A DNA stretch of 64,000 nt, from positions 15,376,001 through 15,440,000 of the forward strand of contig CM022671.1 of NCBI GenBank assembly GCA_012295275.1. The letters run 5' to 3'. The notes below the pieces were generated by a model that was not told the DNA's origin, did not search any database, and was given only the letters and a program-made list of their open reading frames with translations. Position numbers and translations under genes: made by a program. Positions 12,376 to 26,789 of this stretch are shown in pieces (position 1 is the stretch's first letter; the number at the start of each line of letters is the position of its first letter). Origin of the DNA: Chrysomallon squamiferum (lineage: Eukaryota > Animalia > Mollusca).

Positions 12376-13428
12376 ATGTTAATCTGGTACCTAACAAAAT
12401 AATTTTTATTATAATTTGTTTATCTCTAAATCCTATACCATCTGTTTGAAAATAAATAACTAAAGAAATATACAATCAGACCTCGTTGTACTACGGTTCA
12501 TCTTAGAACGATTCAGACTTAGACCCATTTTGAAATTAAAGAGAAAAACAAAACAATATATATATATATATATAGTAATAATAAAAAGAAACAAATTATT
12601 AATAATAAAAAAAAATAAAAAAATAATGATTTTTTTGTTCTTTTTTTTTTTTTTTTTTTTCAGCCCTAAACCCAACCCAGCCATCTTTAATAGATATACT
12701 TAGGCTCCAACCACGCCGGGCCTCTTTACCAGTGGATTATTTGTGCCATTAGATTTTTGCTAAAGCGTTATTAATGAGGTCTGTTTTTATTAATGTTTGG
12801 CCTGGATGTTTATACTGCAGTCAGACCTTTAACTGTTTTGTTTGTTTGTACCTCATTTCGTATTGTATGTCAAGCTGTACTGGTTGATTAAACATCGACT
12901 AGGTGTTCACTAACAAGCGGCGTAACAAGCAATGTACGAAACGGTGTCGATAACCGAAGTGTTAAAATCTGCTTTTAAACGTTTGTTTTACGATTGTCGC
13001 TATGTTTCAATAATTAAATTGTTTTTATTGTTTATTTGTTTTTCCTTTAAAAAATTAAAAATAATAAAATAAAATAAATAAAATAAGATAAAAGGCGAAT
13101 CACACGTTTATAATCTTACAGAAGTCAAAAAATCGAATAAAATAAAATATAATTAATTATTTTTTAAGAAATGGTAGTTTGTTAAGTAAATATTATTGTC
13201 ATAGTGATGGAAGAAGCAGTGTAGGTAAAATAAAATACTGGTTTAACAGGGTAGAGGACAGTTCGGTTTTGTTACTGCAGTGAATGGTGTCATGTGACTA
13301 AAATGTCAAGTGTTTTTGTGTTAAAACGACATCTTTCTACTACTTTTTTCAAAACAGGTATGTGAACATTCCAGCACTCCTTTGCCTCATGATTTTGATT
13401 TTTCGTTTTGATTATTTATTTATTTATG

Positions 13429-13481
<53 letters not shown>

Positions 13482-14001
13482 TATTATTATTATTATTATT
13501 ATCATCATCATCATCATCATCATCATTATCATTGCCAGGTCTGTGAACATTCCAGCTTTGCTGCATGAATTCGATTCTTTAATCTTTTTATTTCTTTTTT
13601 CATTATTATTCTCTTTTTTAAATTATTATTACCTCTTTTTTCTTCTTCTTTTTTTTTAATTTCTTCTTTTTTCTTTTAAATAATTATCTCTACGTATAAC
13701 TATATGTAGTTAAGATAATTCAGTCGGAATATAAACCGTTTCATCATAAAGTTTCATCAGAATTAAACATCCTTGACATATGAGTTTCTACGGTGTTCTC
13801 CGAAAATTCAGACATCCCATAACGCAGGCGCATTAAAACAACACATGACACGGATGAGTGCACTACTAAAAACGTGTACCTTGAATAGTACATATAGTAA
13901 ATAATGGAACAGTCTGATACAACTAAATACAGAACACAGAATAAAATTATATATAAAATTAGATTTATTTATTGATTTTAACATGTCCATTTGACGCATT
14001 T

Positions 14002-14460
14002 TTATCTTAATTTTAAAAGATGTCCAACTGAACGGGTGTTTTCTGGCCAAGAGTCAGCTGTGCCTTCAGTCTCACGAATATGTTTACCGTGTGTTTATAA
14101 ACTCTCTTTCTTGGTGGTGGGGCAGCTCCAAAGTATCTGTTTCAGTTTAGCAGCAAGACCTGGGTTCTCCTCCAAATGGCCTGTGTGAAGTGAAAAAGGC
14201 ATCCTTTCACCCCAATCTTGTGAAAATTCAGTCTCCACTGCCTAGATTGCAGCCATCTCATAGTTATCTCATGAACTTTAATTGGAAAAAGAGGTCGGAT
14301 TCTGCAGCCTTTTGAGCTCCGATTTGCTAGTCTGTAGATAACAAATTAACAGGTAGCATCTTCCTTCATTTGTCTGTGTCCATGGTTTTCTGTGTTGTCA
14401 TCGGCAGGTACCAGAACTCGTCTCTGTCTGTACATGGCACTGCTCATACTGGGAAAGTCA
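14002..14460 (-). pseudogene. Decayed MULE (Mutator-like) transposase fragment
   Basis: Minus-strand pieces across frameshifts and stops: DFPSMSSAMYRQRR, PWTQTNEGRCYLL, NYEMAAI*AVETEF, VKGCLFHFTQAIWRR (the MULE CxxH motif), GAAPPPRKRVYK, GHLLKL. Confidence 0.8.
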
Positions 14461-15911
14461 TTTTATATTTTGTGTCTGTGGTTAGCTATAATCAATGAAA
14501 TGCAAGACACTGGTCGTTAGAGACATCATAATCATCGATATAAAAACAATGTCTGTTTGAAGTGAAATGAACTGAATGTGGATGTTGCAGTGGAGAAACC
14601 CATGAGATAAACTCTAAAAACTCGGACTTCATAAAAAACAGTATCTTTACATTGGTTAATTCCGTTTAGCAGAATACAGTTACGTTCTGCTAGTTGCATG
14701 TGTGGAACTGGTAAATTATAACAACAACAGAAGAAAAAATAAATTAAATTTAAATAGGTACTGTCAAAGCTGCAGTATAAAACAGTTCTGTGCTAAAGTC
14801 AGTCAGCTAGCTAATTAACACTGCTAATCACTGATTGAGCTAGGGTGCACTAAAGCAGGGAGGGCTGTACAGAATGCACATTTAGTTAATTCTTCAAGAG
14901 CAATAGCTGACACTTACAGGATGTATTTTGTTACAAACTATATTTAGATTGCGACAAGCTATATTTTAAAGGTTATGACCAATGAAATACAAGATACTGG
15001 TTGTTTAATACAAAATGATCATTGATATAATAACAAAACAATATCTATCTGAAGTGAAATGAACTGAATGGAGATACTGCAGTGGAAAAGCCAACGAGTT
15101 AATCTCTAAACCCGCCACAAAAAAAAAAACACAGTCTCAAAAAGCACTCCTTATGGGATGTCTGTCTTTTTGAGGAGGGTATCCGTTTCTACTGATCTAT
15201 AACAAATACAAGATACACTATAAAGCATAGTTGAACGAAATTAAAAGGTTTTTTCAACAACTGGTCGAGCCATTAGGAATTTTTTTGTTTGTTTGTTTGT
15301 TTGTTTCGCTTTGCAATATCACGATTATTTATAAAAACTAAAACATAATTATTTCATTTTTTTTTTGGGGGGGGGAGCAAATAAAAAGCCTAGAAAATAG
15401 AAAAACCCTACCACAGTCAACAGATTTTAATCATTCTGTAAAGCGCAAAATATATCATAGGGATAAACAATACAGAGTAATTGCTTACAATCTATAGCTG
15501 CATCTGAATTAATTTTGCACTAAAACAAAGTCAACTCATTCTGCTACAGGCAGCTTTCGTCCAAAACTGACAAAAGCCTTAGGCATAGTCATGGACAAAA
15601 TATTTTCTGTCACCGATGTCCTATCATGTTGAATTAACGTGTGTTTAGCTGTTTGTTTACCAGGCATCTCTGTGCCAGATAACTGTCGTTTCGGACATCT
15701 TTATGTATGAAGAAGAATGAAAGCCTTGATTCTCGCCCCATTTTTTTTTTAAACATTCTTGTAGCCAGGCAAACATTACGAAACCTAATACGTAAGATTT
15801 CATGTATTGCGTTCTTCTTCTTTTAGGACAAAGGATGATTCAGTGTCATGATAATTGAATTAAAAAATAATAAATAAATAAATAAAAAGTATATTTATGA
15901 AATGAATCTAT

Positions 15912-15951
<40 letters not shown>

Positions 15952-17633
15952 AAAATATTTTAAACTGTAAATTTTATAGATATATTGCTTTTTTGTAAAA
16001 TTTAATTTAGGAGGAATCGCAAACCAATTTTGGGGTTGCTTTTTTTTGTTGGTATTTCGATTTTTAACGTATCATATAATAAAAATTTGGTATATATTTA
16101 TTTCTGTTCTAAAAATAATTGTCTAAACACTTTGATGCAGGAATATCTATGATAAAACTCTAGTAACTATACATTTTATTTTCAAATTATGTTTCTCACA
16201 AGCTCCTCATTACGGCCTTTTTATAATTTTGTTACTGAAATATTCATTTTATGATGCAGTATAGTTAAAATTAAAACCATGAAAAACTATGAAAATTACA
16301 GCTGTACAGAAATAAAACACCAGATTTGTTTGTTTTACTTTTGCAAGCTACAGTATAGTTTCGTGGTATTCTTGATAATTAGTTTGACTACCAAATAATA
16401 GCCATTTTACTTCTTTTTTTCTTGGACAAAAATAGAGAAAGAAAAAGAAACTTCAGAAGCAAATTTATATTAAATAGCACAATAATTAAAAAACCATAAA
16501 AAAAAAATAAATAAATAAATAAATAAAATAATAATAATAATAATAATAATTTTAAAAATAAGCAAACAAAAAAAAAAAAAAAAAAAAAAAATAGACGTCC
16601 ATATTAAATAAAAATATTCATCGGTAATTTTATGGCGATGTTCACTGCGGATAACCTGTCAGTCAACAATACAACTAAATATAAATATATTAATAAAAAA
16701 ATTAAAAATAAGATGAAATTTTTAACGTTAAGAACTCCGTGACGTTAATGACTAAATTACCTACCTTGAGTCAAAAACTATGAATGGTCTTCAGTATATT
16801 AAAACGGCTACTTCGATTTTTCTAGTTCCTGTAGTTTTCTTTCGTAGTTGAACTTTTTATCCACTTTCTTACAAGATTTATTCACAAGAATATGTCGAGA
16901 CTCTCTCCGTGCGTGACGCAGTTCACCTGACATTAGCTTGTCACAGGTGACTGCACTCTATACAGCAGCCACATACTCTCTTGATTCCTACAATATATCA
17001 GGTATATAAAAAATGTTTACCAGCCTTCTTCTTGCTTTCAATATTAAGTTTTATATTGGATCGGCACGTTCTATTTACAAGACGTTCTCTTTGTCCATTC
17101 AGAAAGTAGCACACGTTCTATTCTTTTCTCTGCTTTTTACTTATGGCATACATGAGGGTAGCCATACTTGTTTAAAGTTTAAAATAACAGCAAAACTTGT
17201 ATGACAAGTTTGTTATCATACACCGTTGGAGCCCACGATAATGAAACAGTAATAGAAAACAAACATACTTATAATTCATTAGGTTTTACAACCTTAGGAA
17301 GATTATTAAACTGACTGCCGGTAGAGAAAAAAATAATAATAAAAAAATAGTAATGGTTTAAATATCGCTGTAGCCACTTGCCTTTAAAGTCAGTGTATAA
17401 TTAATGATGGTTAATTTAGACCACCCGTGAACACATTGATCCCATATGCACAATTCTCAGCCATGCATTCATTCAGCGCAACCCGGTAGTTACACAAGGA
17501 ACAAATATTAAGAAGAATACAATATCCAAAACTACTGCTTTGATAAGAAGAAAAGAAAATACCCGATTAAAAAAAAAAAAAGATCTATTATGAGGTAGAA
17601 TCATCGTCAGATTTCAGTGAATCAATAACTGGC

Positions 17634-17714
17634 CTGTCAAAGACTGTGATATATGGGAATGATCTCTCACTGTCAAAGACTGTGATATATGGGAATGATC
17701 TCTCACTGTCAAAG
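17634..17714. repeat. 36-bp tandem duplication (2.25 copies)
   Basis: ctgtcaaagactgtgatatatgggaatgatctctca is repeated exactly. Confidence 0.95.
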
Positions 17715-17820
17715 GAAAAAAAAAAAAGAAAGAAAGAAAAAAGACAACAATTTAGCGGTTCTCCTCGTGAAACTGACGATAATGTTAGCAATTTTTAGAA
17801 AAAGGTTTTACACATTTTAA

Positions 17821-18580
17821 AATTCCCCCTAGAGACAATTTCCGCCATGCCTACCTGTTTTAACTGTGAAATATCCTGGCCTGTAGTCTGAGTATCGTTC
17901 TCTTTAATCTGTAATTATCTGCAATTTCATGCATATGTTTAATCTCCAATTAACTCCAATTTCACATATATCTTTAATCTCCAATTAACTGAATAAAAAA
18001 CACCAACACCAATTCGGTTTACTGTTCAGCTTCAGTAAATGCTATCTAGTGTATTAAAAAAAAAAAAAAAAAAAAAATCAATAAAATAAATCAAAGATTT
18101 GCTTATTGATTTAGAACTGGCCTCATCCTCAAACAAATCATATATAACAAACAAACGAACAAACAGACAAACAAAAAATAAATAAATAAATAAAAGAACA
18201 TAAAAAAATACTGTAACATTGCACCAGATACTGGAAGGAGAAGTTCCAGCACCACAGCGTCTACAGAGACATCAACCGGTGGTTCCAGCACCACAGCGTC
18301 TACAGAGACATCAACCGGTGGCTTCAGATTCTGGTCGCAGACTACGACAGCCGAGATCGCCTGCACTTCCTCCGTGGTCTTGTTCACAGTCTCCAGATGT
18401 AAAATGTATCCATCACAAATTATCTAACTACAGGCAGTATGTAATGTTTCAAATAAACAATTTATATTTTATACAATTATCTTTTTATATTCAGTTAATC
18501 CGTACAAGCGATCAATTATCCTTGGCATGGTAGGTGGGGAGGAATTGTCACGGGAAAAATGACGTAGGGGGAAATCACCA
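17821..18580 (+). mobile_element. Internally deleted MULE-like element carrying the transposase C-terminus
   Basis: 18220-18401 translates, with one frameshift, as QILEGEVPAPQR / YRDINRWLQILVADYDSRDRLHFLRGLVHSLQM*, a typical MULE C-terminus. Imperfect inverted ends: aattccccctagagacaattt...ccatgcc and ggcatgg...gaattgtc...tagggggaaat. Contains an exact 39-bp tandem duplication at 18243-18320. Confidence 0.6.
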
Positions 18581-19106
18581 TTTGATAATAAAAATCAATT
18601 TTCTAAAAATAAAGAACAACAACAACAACAAAAACAACAACAACAACAACAATAAACACACACACACACAAAAACCAAAAAAAACAACAAAACGGGTTTC
18701 CTCGACTTTGATAATGTTAGCAATTTTTAATAAAAGGTTTTACACATTTTAAAATTAAGTTAAACATTTGATAAAAAAAAAAAAAACAAAAACAACACTT
18801 CTCTAATTATAAAGAACACACATCACATTTTCTAATAAAATTTTGCCCAGTCCATAATAATACATTAATACGGTATGCATTATGCACAGCCGAAAAGATA
18901 TAACAGTCTAATACATTAGGTGAGATTTAGTTCATCTACGATCGTACGATCAAAACCTCCTCGGTGGTCTTGATTACTGTTATTTATTTTGGAACCAATA
19001 TGGAGGTGAGAAACTGCGAAGTTCATAGATTAAATGAAATGAAATCGATAAACTATATCATCTTGGATTAAATGCCAACAGACATATTTTTATTATTCCA
19101 CATTAG

Positions 19107-19161
<55 letters not shown>

Positions 19162-19561
19162 AAAAGTTTACCTCTGCCCTCTGTTATTCTGGGGTAGGAC
19201 AACATATCTCCCTATAAAGAAACTTGTTGCTTTTGTTAAAAATACATAATTTACATCATACATGTGGGGGGGGGAAGTACACTTTTAAGTTAGGTATCAA
19301 ATAATTCGAATGTATGATTGAACAAAACATGTTGAACTCAGGATTTTGAATTCATTCTTTCAGTTAAAATTAATTCATTACAAAGGTACAATAGTCTGCA
19401 GTCAAAATAAGTATGTTTCCGAACATAGAAAGGTTTTGCAAATCGTGTTTTTTCAGAACTCAAAATTACTAATTTCGATAAAGGAAACGAGTGACGGAAA
19501 CTAGACTGATTCTCGTGATATTCAATAATATTATTATTACTCCGGAACCAGTCTAAACAAA

Positions 19562-22500
19562 ATGGGTGTTGTTTGGTAAGAATAAAACTATTAACATTAT
19601 ATATTTATATATTAAACATTTTTCACGTTAGAGAAAATTTAACAACTATTAAAAATACATAGACATTATTGTAATTTCATTTGTCAACAGAATTATGCAA
19701 TCTATATTATATAGCTTAGCGTGTAGAAGCCTAATTTAAATTTAAAGTGAACTAGTGATCGTGTCAACGTGTGGAACAACGAACGTACATTTTCTGTACA
19801 TTGATATTAAATGCATCACATCTTTGTTTACGTCTGGCGGCCTGTCGTTGCTGAGAAAACAGTACTTACGACAGCATTTTAATAAAATGAAATATTGCTC
19901 CATTGAAATAAAAGAGTAAATTAAAAATCGATTACCATGTACTATGTACGTACTGGCATGTTCTTTGTCACAAGTTTATACTGACATTTTACCTATTTAT
20001 ATTCCGAATCTGTTAACCTGTTACATATATTTCAGGATGTTGATTCCTGAGATTATGTCAGATAATCTACAGCATTTTGATTATAAACATTTTTCAACCA
20101 TTTACTAACTTCCCAAGAGAACTAGATAAAAATGCATTTCTCAATTATTTGACGGGAAAAAAAGCCATAGCTTTCCATTAAATTTTGAGAAAGTTATATA
20201 TTTGTACTAGATTTGCCAAACACAAATGCAAAAGACAGACAAGGTGTTTAAGCTACTAATTATTCTATACAGTGATGCCAGGGGAAAAAAGTCATAGCAA
20301 TTCCATTAAATTTTGAGAAAGTAATATATTTGTACTTTTTATTAGCAGAGATTTGCCACAGACACAAATTCAAAAGTACAGACATGGTGTTTAAGCTATT
20401 ATTTAGTTGATTAGATACATACCATCAGGTTTGTTGTGATCTCTGCTAATAACTAATTATCATGAATGATAAAAAAATTAAGTCATGCAGGGATTTATCA
20501 GTGGAGATATTTTTAAAGAGCAATACTGAAAGTACTGAAGTTGTGCAGCCGAAGATATCCCACATTTCATCTTCATGTAAATAGCAACATTGTGTACATA
20601 GGAGATACTTACAAGCTTGATTATAATGAAGGTAACTCTAACAGTTGAAGAAATTACATTTGCAAAGATGATTTAGAGACAGAAAAATTAATTATTCAAT
20701 GGCTGTAAATTGTACAAGTTGATTTAGAAATGACTGTATAAATATTAAAAACATAATTTCTTTTGATGTAAGTCTTTCCTTTTCCAGTATATATCCGTAT
20801 CCTGTGCCAGCAGGTAAAAGTAGTCAGCAAGCACTGGACACACTTCAGAAGCAGGTAGAGTTGCTTGGTGCAGCAAAAGCAGGAAATTACTGTGTGGACT
20901 GCGAAACATTTCAGAGCAATTTACAAAATGGTACCATTTGCAATTTTATTCTGGTTCAAAAGAAATTATTTGAAGAAATGTTATTAACCCTTTTATTATT
21001 ATATTGTCTGTGATAAAAGCATATTGTTTAGATAGAAGCACTCTGTTTCAGTTATCAATATTATAGTATTTTGTTTTAAAAAGTGTTTTTTTTAATCATT
21101 TTGTTATTTATTTTTGTTCAAACACCAGCTGTCTTTTTTTGTATTGTTTTTTTTATTGCATTTATTAATAGCTTTTTTCTTTGTTATTTCCAATTTAAAT
21201 ATTTATTTTAACATATTTGATACAATTTAATTTGGTAGAAATAGTAATCATTTTTCATTCATTGAAAATAAATTAATTTAAAAAAAAATAAATCTCTCAT
21301 TTGTAAATTTACTGTTATTACACTTCTGTTAGCAAGTTGTATAAAATTACTATTTTAAATTTAAAATTTTCGGATTACTGAAATTGAAAGAAATTAAACC
21401 TGTATGTTTATTTTTTTAATGTGAATTTTTCAGTTGCTCCTAAGCATGTGAATATTTTACACAACAGTGAACAACCAGCTTCCTGTTTTGCTGTGATGGA
21501 CTCTGGCTTGTGTTTGGTTGCTGATGCTCTCTTTGATGGATTGATGCAGAAGATCAAGAACTATTACCAGCCAAGCAAAGGTGCGAAGATTGAAGTCCGT
21601 GGTCAGAGATATGAACTTGGCGACTTCATTATCAAAATAGGATCTGTAATGCTTACATCTAGTTTCAAAGGAATACTTGTTGAAGTATGTATAAAATATA
21701 TGAGCATAATCTGTTACAATTAGTTACAGTATAACTTCATCTTTTAATTGTTAAAATATGCCTTTTCACTAAGTAGGACAGTAAATTATCTTTAGGCAGT
21801 AACTGCTGTTCTCTTTCTACAGTTGTCCATAACAACAAAAATAATATTTTCATTTAATGTCATTATTTATTACACTGCTATTTTGAATGTAAATGAAACT
21901 TGCATTCAGTTTTTAATGTGCAGAAATATTTTGACAGTGTTCTTTTTGCATCACCATGAATTGTTAAAATAATTCAGAATTTGTTTTAAAATTTGTATTT
22001 ATTTTAAAAAAAATCTGTTTATTTGAACAAGATATTTGGTAAGAGTAATCAATCTTTAAAAAGCTTGATAGATATAAAATTAATTTAAAAGAATTCTTAA
22101 CTTTATTTTGTCATTCAGTAATATTTTACTTTTTTCACATTTTCTTTCAACAAGTAGAGATAGGTTTGACCTCAGTATTAGTTCAGGTTTTATTGGCTAT
22201 CCAAAATGTAACTCCTGCAATACTAAATGATATTGTAAAAATCATATCTCAGCATCAAGCAGAAATCCAAGTCAAAACCTCAACATGTTTTATTATCTGA
22301 ACCATAACTCAGAATTAGTAATATATAAATACATAATTTTCATTAAAGTTTTGTTATGTGGCCTCTTTTTTTCTCTATGAATCATTAATTGGTAAGGAGA
22401 AAAAAACATTTCTTATTTTACGCTATCATAAATTATCAGAAATTAAATTATTTGTCAAATACAGCATCAGAATTAGTTAAATAAGTATTTGCTTCATAAC

Positions 22501-23043
22501 TGAAGATAAATGTCAAATTGTTCTTATTATTATTTGTTTTTTTTTAACACTTATTGTTACTGATTTTTTTATACAAATAATATAATTTATAGTATAAATT
22601 TGTTATTATCAAATATATTATTACACTTTTCTTTGTTTTTATGTCATAAATCACATCTCTAATTAACGAGTATCGTATACATATAACAATTTTTTTTGTT
22701 ATATACATTATTTTAACCTTTCTTTTAACCACAACAACAGCCAAAAAAATATACATTTCTAAAATTTTGGTAAGGAGATATTTATGAAAGTTTATAATGG
22801 AATCCTGTTTTTAATTTATTACAGGTTGAGTATGGACCATGTGTAATACTTAGTGACTGCTGGTATCTTGTTAAAGAATTTCTGCAGAGTATCATAGGAA
22901 ATATTGCTGAATCTCCTCCACTCCTGTTAAAATCCAAACAGGATGTGGTGTACACACCATCAGATACAATCTTGCAGTATTTGGAACATTTCAATAACTT
23001 CAAAAAAACACCTGCCACCTCACCAACAGCAGCCAATCGGTGA
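19562..23043 (+). CDS. MED20: Mediator of RNA polymerase II transcription subunit 20 (208 aa, 4 exons)
   Basis: Exons 19562-19575, 20788-20930, 21434-21684, 22825-23043, all GT-AG and in frame. Protein MGVVCIYPYPVPAGKSSQQ...GNYCVDCETF...HNSEQPASCF...LVADALFD...KIEVRGQRYELGDFIIKIGSV...FKGILVEVEYGPC...DTILQYLEHFN matches MED20. Confidence 0.96.
20154..20398. repeat. Diverged ~110-120 bp tandem duplication in MED20 intron 1
   Basis: gggaaaaaa(a)g(c/t)catagc..ttccattaaattttgagaaagt.atatatttgtact...ggtgtttaagcta occurs twice. Confidence 0.85.
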
Positions 23044-24615
23044 TGTGGCTCAAAGCGACTCAGTCTTTGTATGTATATTGCAGTCCTGTGGGTTCTGTCG
23101 TAAAATAATGCAGCCCCCCATCCAAATAAAATTGCTCTAAATAGCTACAGTGATCGTATTAACTGTCCCCATGATCAGCAGTGTATTCCATGACGAGATT
23201 TTCATTTAATAATCTTTACTTACAGGAGTAAATATTGTGCAACAGAACACTGAATTTTGTAGTACCTTCTGAAGGAGATCTAATTTTCCAGTATTACATT
23301 TTATAATATTTGTTTTTTGAATACTATACTATAACGTCATTCATTCATAAATTAATTTACTGATTTTTTTAATCATATTGTTAAAATGATCTGCACCCGC
23401 CTAGGTCCGAAGAATTAATTTTTGAAAATTGTGTATATGTAATCATAAATTTGGCATTTACAACAGTTGTAAATTGTTTCATGGAATTTCTAAGTTTAGC
23501 AGTCATAATATTAACTATAAGTCACTACATTCAACTGTGGCTAAGACAGCTTAATGGAATGACCCTCAGGAACATTTCTGAGGAAACCAGAGAGGTATGT
23601 CGGTAGTGAAAGGCATTGAAGGAATGATGTAAGTTGATGAAGATGTGGATGGAAATCAAGACAGCTATTACTAACTATAGCTTGTTATACAAATTAATCA
23701 ACTGATTTGACACAACATGACTTTAAAATGTTGATATTCATAAACAAAGAGCAAAAGATTCTGGTGCATGTTAAAAACACGTGTTTTTTTAGACATCTCA
23801 TTTGAAAGATCTTACAGAAAATGTAATCCAGTTGTCAATACATACCAGATGGCAATTTTAATTCATTGAAAATTACTGGATTAAAAACTATTTTTGTTAT
23901 TGTTGTTGTTTATTTTTTAATTGAAAAAAAAAAAATTATTCTTTTTTTATTATAATTTTAATATCTTTATTAATTAGAAGGTCTGTTATGTAATATTTCT
24001 TTGATAAGTATAATGTAAGTTTTTAATTTCTATTTATTGATGCGTTTGATTTGCTTCCATGATGGAGGATATACTGAACTTGTAGTTCAATTTCAGTCAT
24101 AACGTAAAATGTAATCTGTAACATCTAATACACAGATTAAAAATATCTCAGTGGTATTAATCATTAAGAGACAATATGACATCAGAGATATTTAACTCAG
24201 GATTTTCTTTTTTCTTTTTAAAGTAGAACTTCTTGTCTTTGCAAATACAGGTGCCACTTTTTGACTAATAAAAAAAATAAATGTTCTGATTCTATCAATA
24301 GTAATATCCCAGATGAAAAAATTGTTTGACCTTTTGGTCAGAATTTATATTTTTTGTTTTAAACTGAAGCTTGTATGCAAAAAATAAACTATACAACAGT
24401 TAACATCTATAAAATTCGTTGTATAAAACTGGGATTAAAGTAATTAAAAACTGTTGTTTTAATAGTAATAATAATAAAAATAAAAACACAAAGTATATAA
24501 TATATATATATATATATAGCAACATTATTCTGGTTTTTAATTAAATAATAAAAACACACTCAACATCAAACGTTTTTCAACAAATAGAAAACGTAACAGC
24601 TTTTCATGTTTGGAC

Positions 24616-24792
24616 TATTTATTAAAATAATAAATGACAACAACAACAAAATAAATAAATAAATAAATAGACATAAATAAACAATCAAATAAAAAAGATA
24701 TATTTATTTTTTAACATATTTTTTATTTGATTATTTATGTCTATTTATTTATTTATTTATTTTGTTGTTGTCATTTATTATTTTAATAAATA
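24616..24792. repeat. AT-rich long inverted repeat (~80-bp arms, short spacer)
   Basis: The left arm tatttattaaaataataaatgacaacaac...tagacataaataa..aatcaaataaaaaa is the reverse complement of the right arm ttttttatttgattatttatgtcta...gttgttgtcatttattattttaataaata. Confidence 0.9.
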
Positions 24793-25332
24793 TACTGATC
24801 ATTAGTTAAAATTTCGTTATTACATTTATAGCAATTACATAATTATTCGATTTTATTCAAATAAAATAAATTGAATATGAAAATTATATTGACATTATAG
24901 CAAAGGACAAACAACGGATAAAATAACATTTCTGTACATAATGTCGCAATATATTAAAACAAAAATTTTATTCGAGATAAACTCCAAGAACAGAGAAACA
25001 TTGACAGAATCTGCAGTTTGCTATAGCTAAAATTCTTTTTGCAAAATACTGAAATTTAAAGTATATATATTAATAAAACTATAAGATTATACGCATGTAA
25101 AAATGAATAAACCTAGAAAATAATTGTATCAAAAAATATAATAACAATTATTATTAATAAAAACATTAATATTAAACCGGGATGACAATTGTTCTATCAA
25201 GTTCGGGTGGTTTAAATAATATTGTTTTGTTTTTAGTGGAAGGTGGCGTATTGTGTTTTGTGTTAACCGTGGGTCGTCGATTGATAATAAGACTGGGAAA
25301 CAATCATTAACTAAAGAGTTCACATTCGTCTC

Positions 25333-25558
25333 TGTGGCGGATTTAGAGGGGCGTCCTAAGTGTCATTACCACCCTCAAATTTGAAAGAGGCCAATCTTAT
25401 TTAGGATTTTTAGGTTGTTTTTTTTTACAAATTTATTATTATTATTTTTTTTAAATCAAATTTTACCAAAGAAAATCCAAAGTATAATAAGCGTTTCCCT
25501 GTTCTGGAGCCCTTTTCGACATGGACACCCTTCATCAAGAGCTGCTGTATCCGCCCCA
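25333..25558. mobile_element. Short hAT-like MITE remnant
   Basis: GC-rich imperfect termini tgtggcggat... and ...atccgcccca flank an AT-rich core. Confidence 0.4.
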
Positions 25559-26789
25559 GCGTTTATGTAACGAAATGTTTTTTTTTTTTTTCGTTTTTTC
25601 TTTTTCTGTTTTCTTTCTTTGTGAAGACTTTTAGTCAAATGTTGTTTTGAAATAATAATGCGACAACAACCAAAGCAGCAATAAAAAAACTGAAACAAAA
25701 ACAAAAACAAAACAAGAAGTCTGACTAGAAGACGAAACATCTGAAAACACTGTGAGAAAATGTTAATTTTGTTCTTCTTTATACATCAGAATGGCCTTTT
25801 CTCCCGTTAAAATGCAGTCCAGACGGTCAGTTGCAAAAGCAGACGTCAGATGTTTTAGTTTTCAAAGAAACAGGAAAGATCTATTTCCGTGTTGAACGAC
25901 TGGTTAGAACGAGGCAAAGAAAAGAAAAAGTAAAAAGTAAAAAAGATAACAACCCTCACCAATAATTTAATTTAAATCTAACGTTACCAATTTATAGATT
26001 ATTCAAATTTATAGTAGCTGAATATGTTAATATCTATTATTGACATTTGGAATATGATAAATATTTTTAGAAACAACAATAACAACAACAGCACCAGCAA
26101 AAACAACACAACAGCAACAAAAACAACCTCCCCTCCCCCAAAAACAACAACATAAAACCAAACAATAACAACCGTAATGTTATAAATTATTTCTATTAAT
26201 TTGTCTCTCTGATGTCTAAGTGTGGACAAACACATATAAACACATAGCTTCACACATATACACATAAATACATACACATACACATACACATAGATACATA
26301 TACATACATATGCAAATAGATGCACACACTCATACACGCAGCCGTTTCCCCCACAAAAAACCCATACCAGATATATGATAAAATTAATCGTTCAGCATAC
26401 CAGATCACTACATTCTACAGTTTAAAATGAAAAAATAAATATAATACTTACTAAATATACATCACAGGGAAATACAATAATTAGAATTCCAAAATGTTCC
26501 GTGTCACATTATAATGTGGGTAAAAAAAAAATAAACCAAAAAATAATAATAAACCTGACCACCTTCAATATTTCTGATTTTAGGATAATTGGGGCTGAAA
26601 ACGTTTAAGAATGATCCTCAAACAGTTTCCAAGATGAGGCACGCACATTTTTGGGCAACTTTAGGTGATTTTATATAAAATGATAATATAATATACGTAG
26701 AATTAATTATCTTACCGAATTCGAGAACATTTATTAGGATTTTTAGATAAGGTAGAAACTTAAATTAAAAGTCGTTTTATATGTTTTCA

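Noticed and set aside
12227-12475. N-terminal 83 aa of the 552-aa ORF call
   Set aside because: It runs through a poly-T tract and a splice acceptor at ~12288, so it is intron and 5'UTR. The likely start is 12226.
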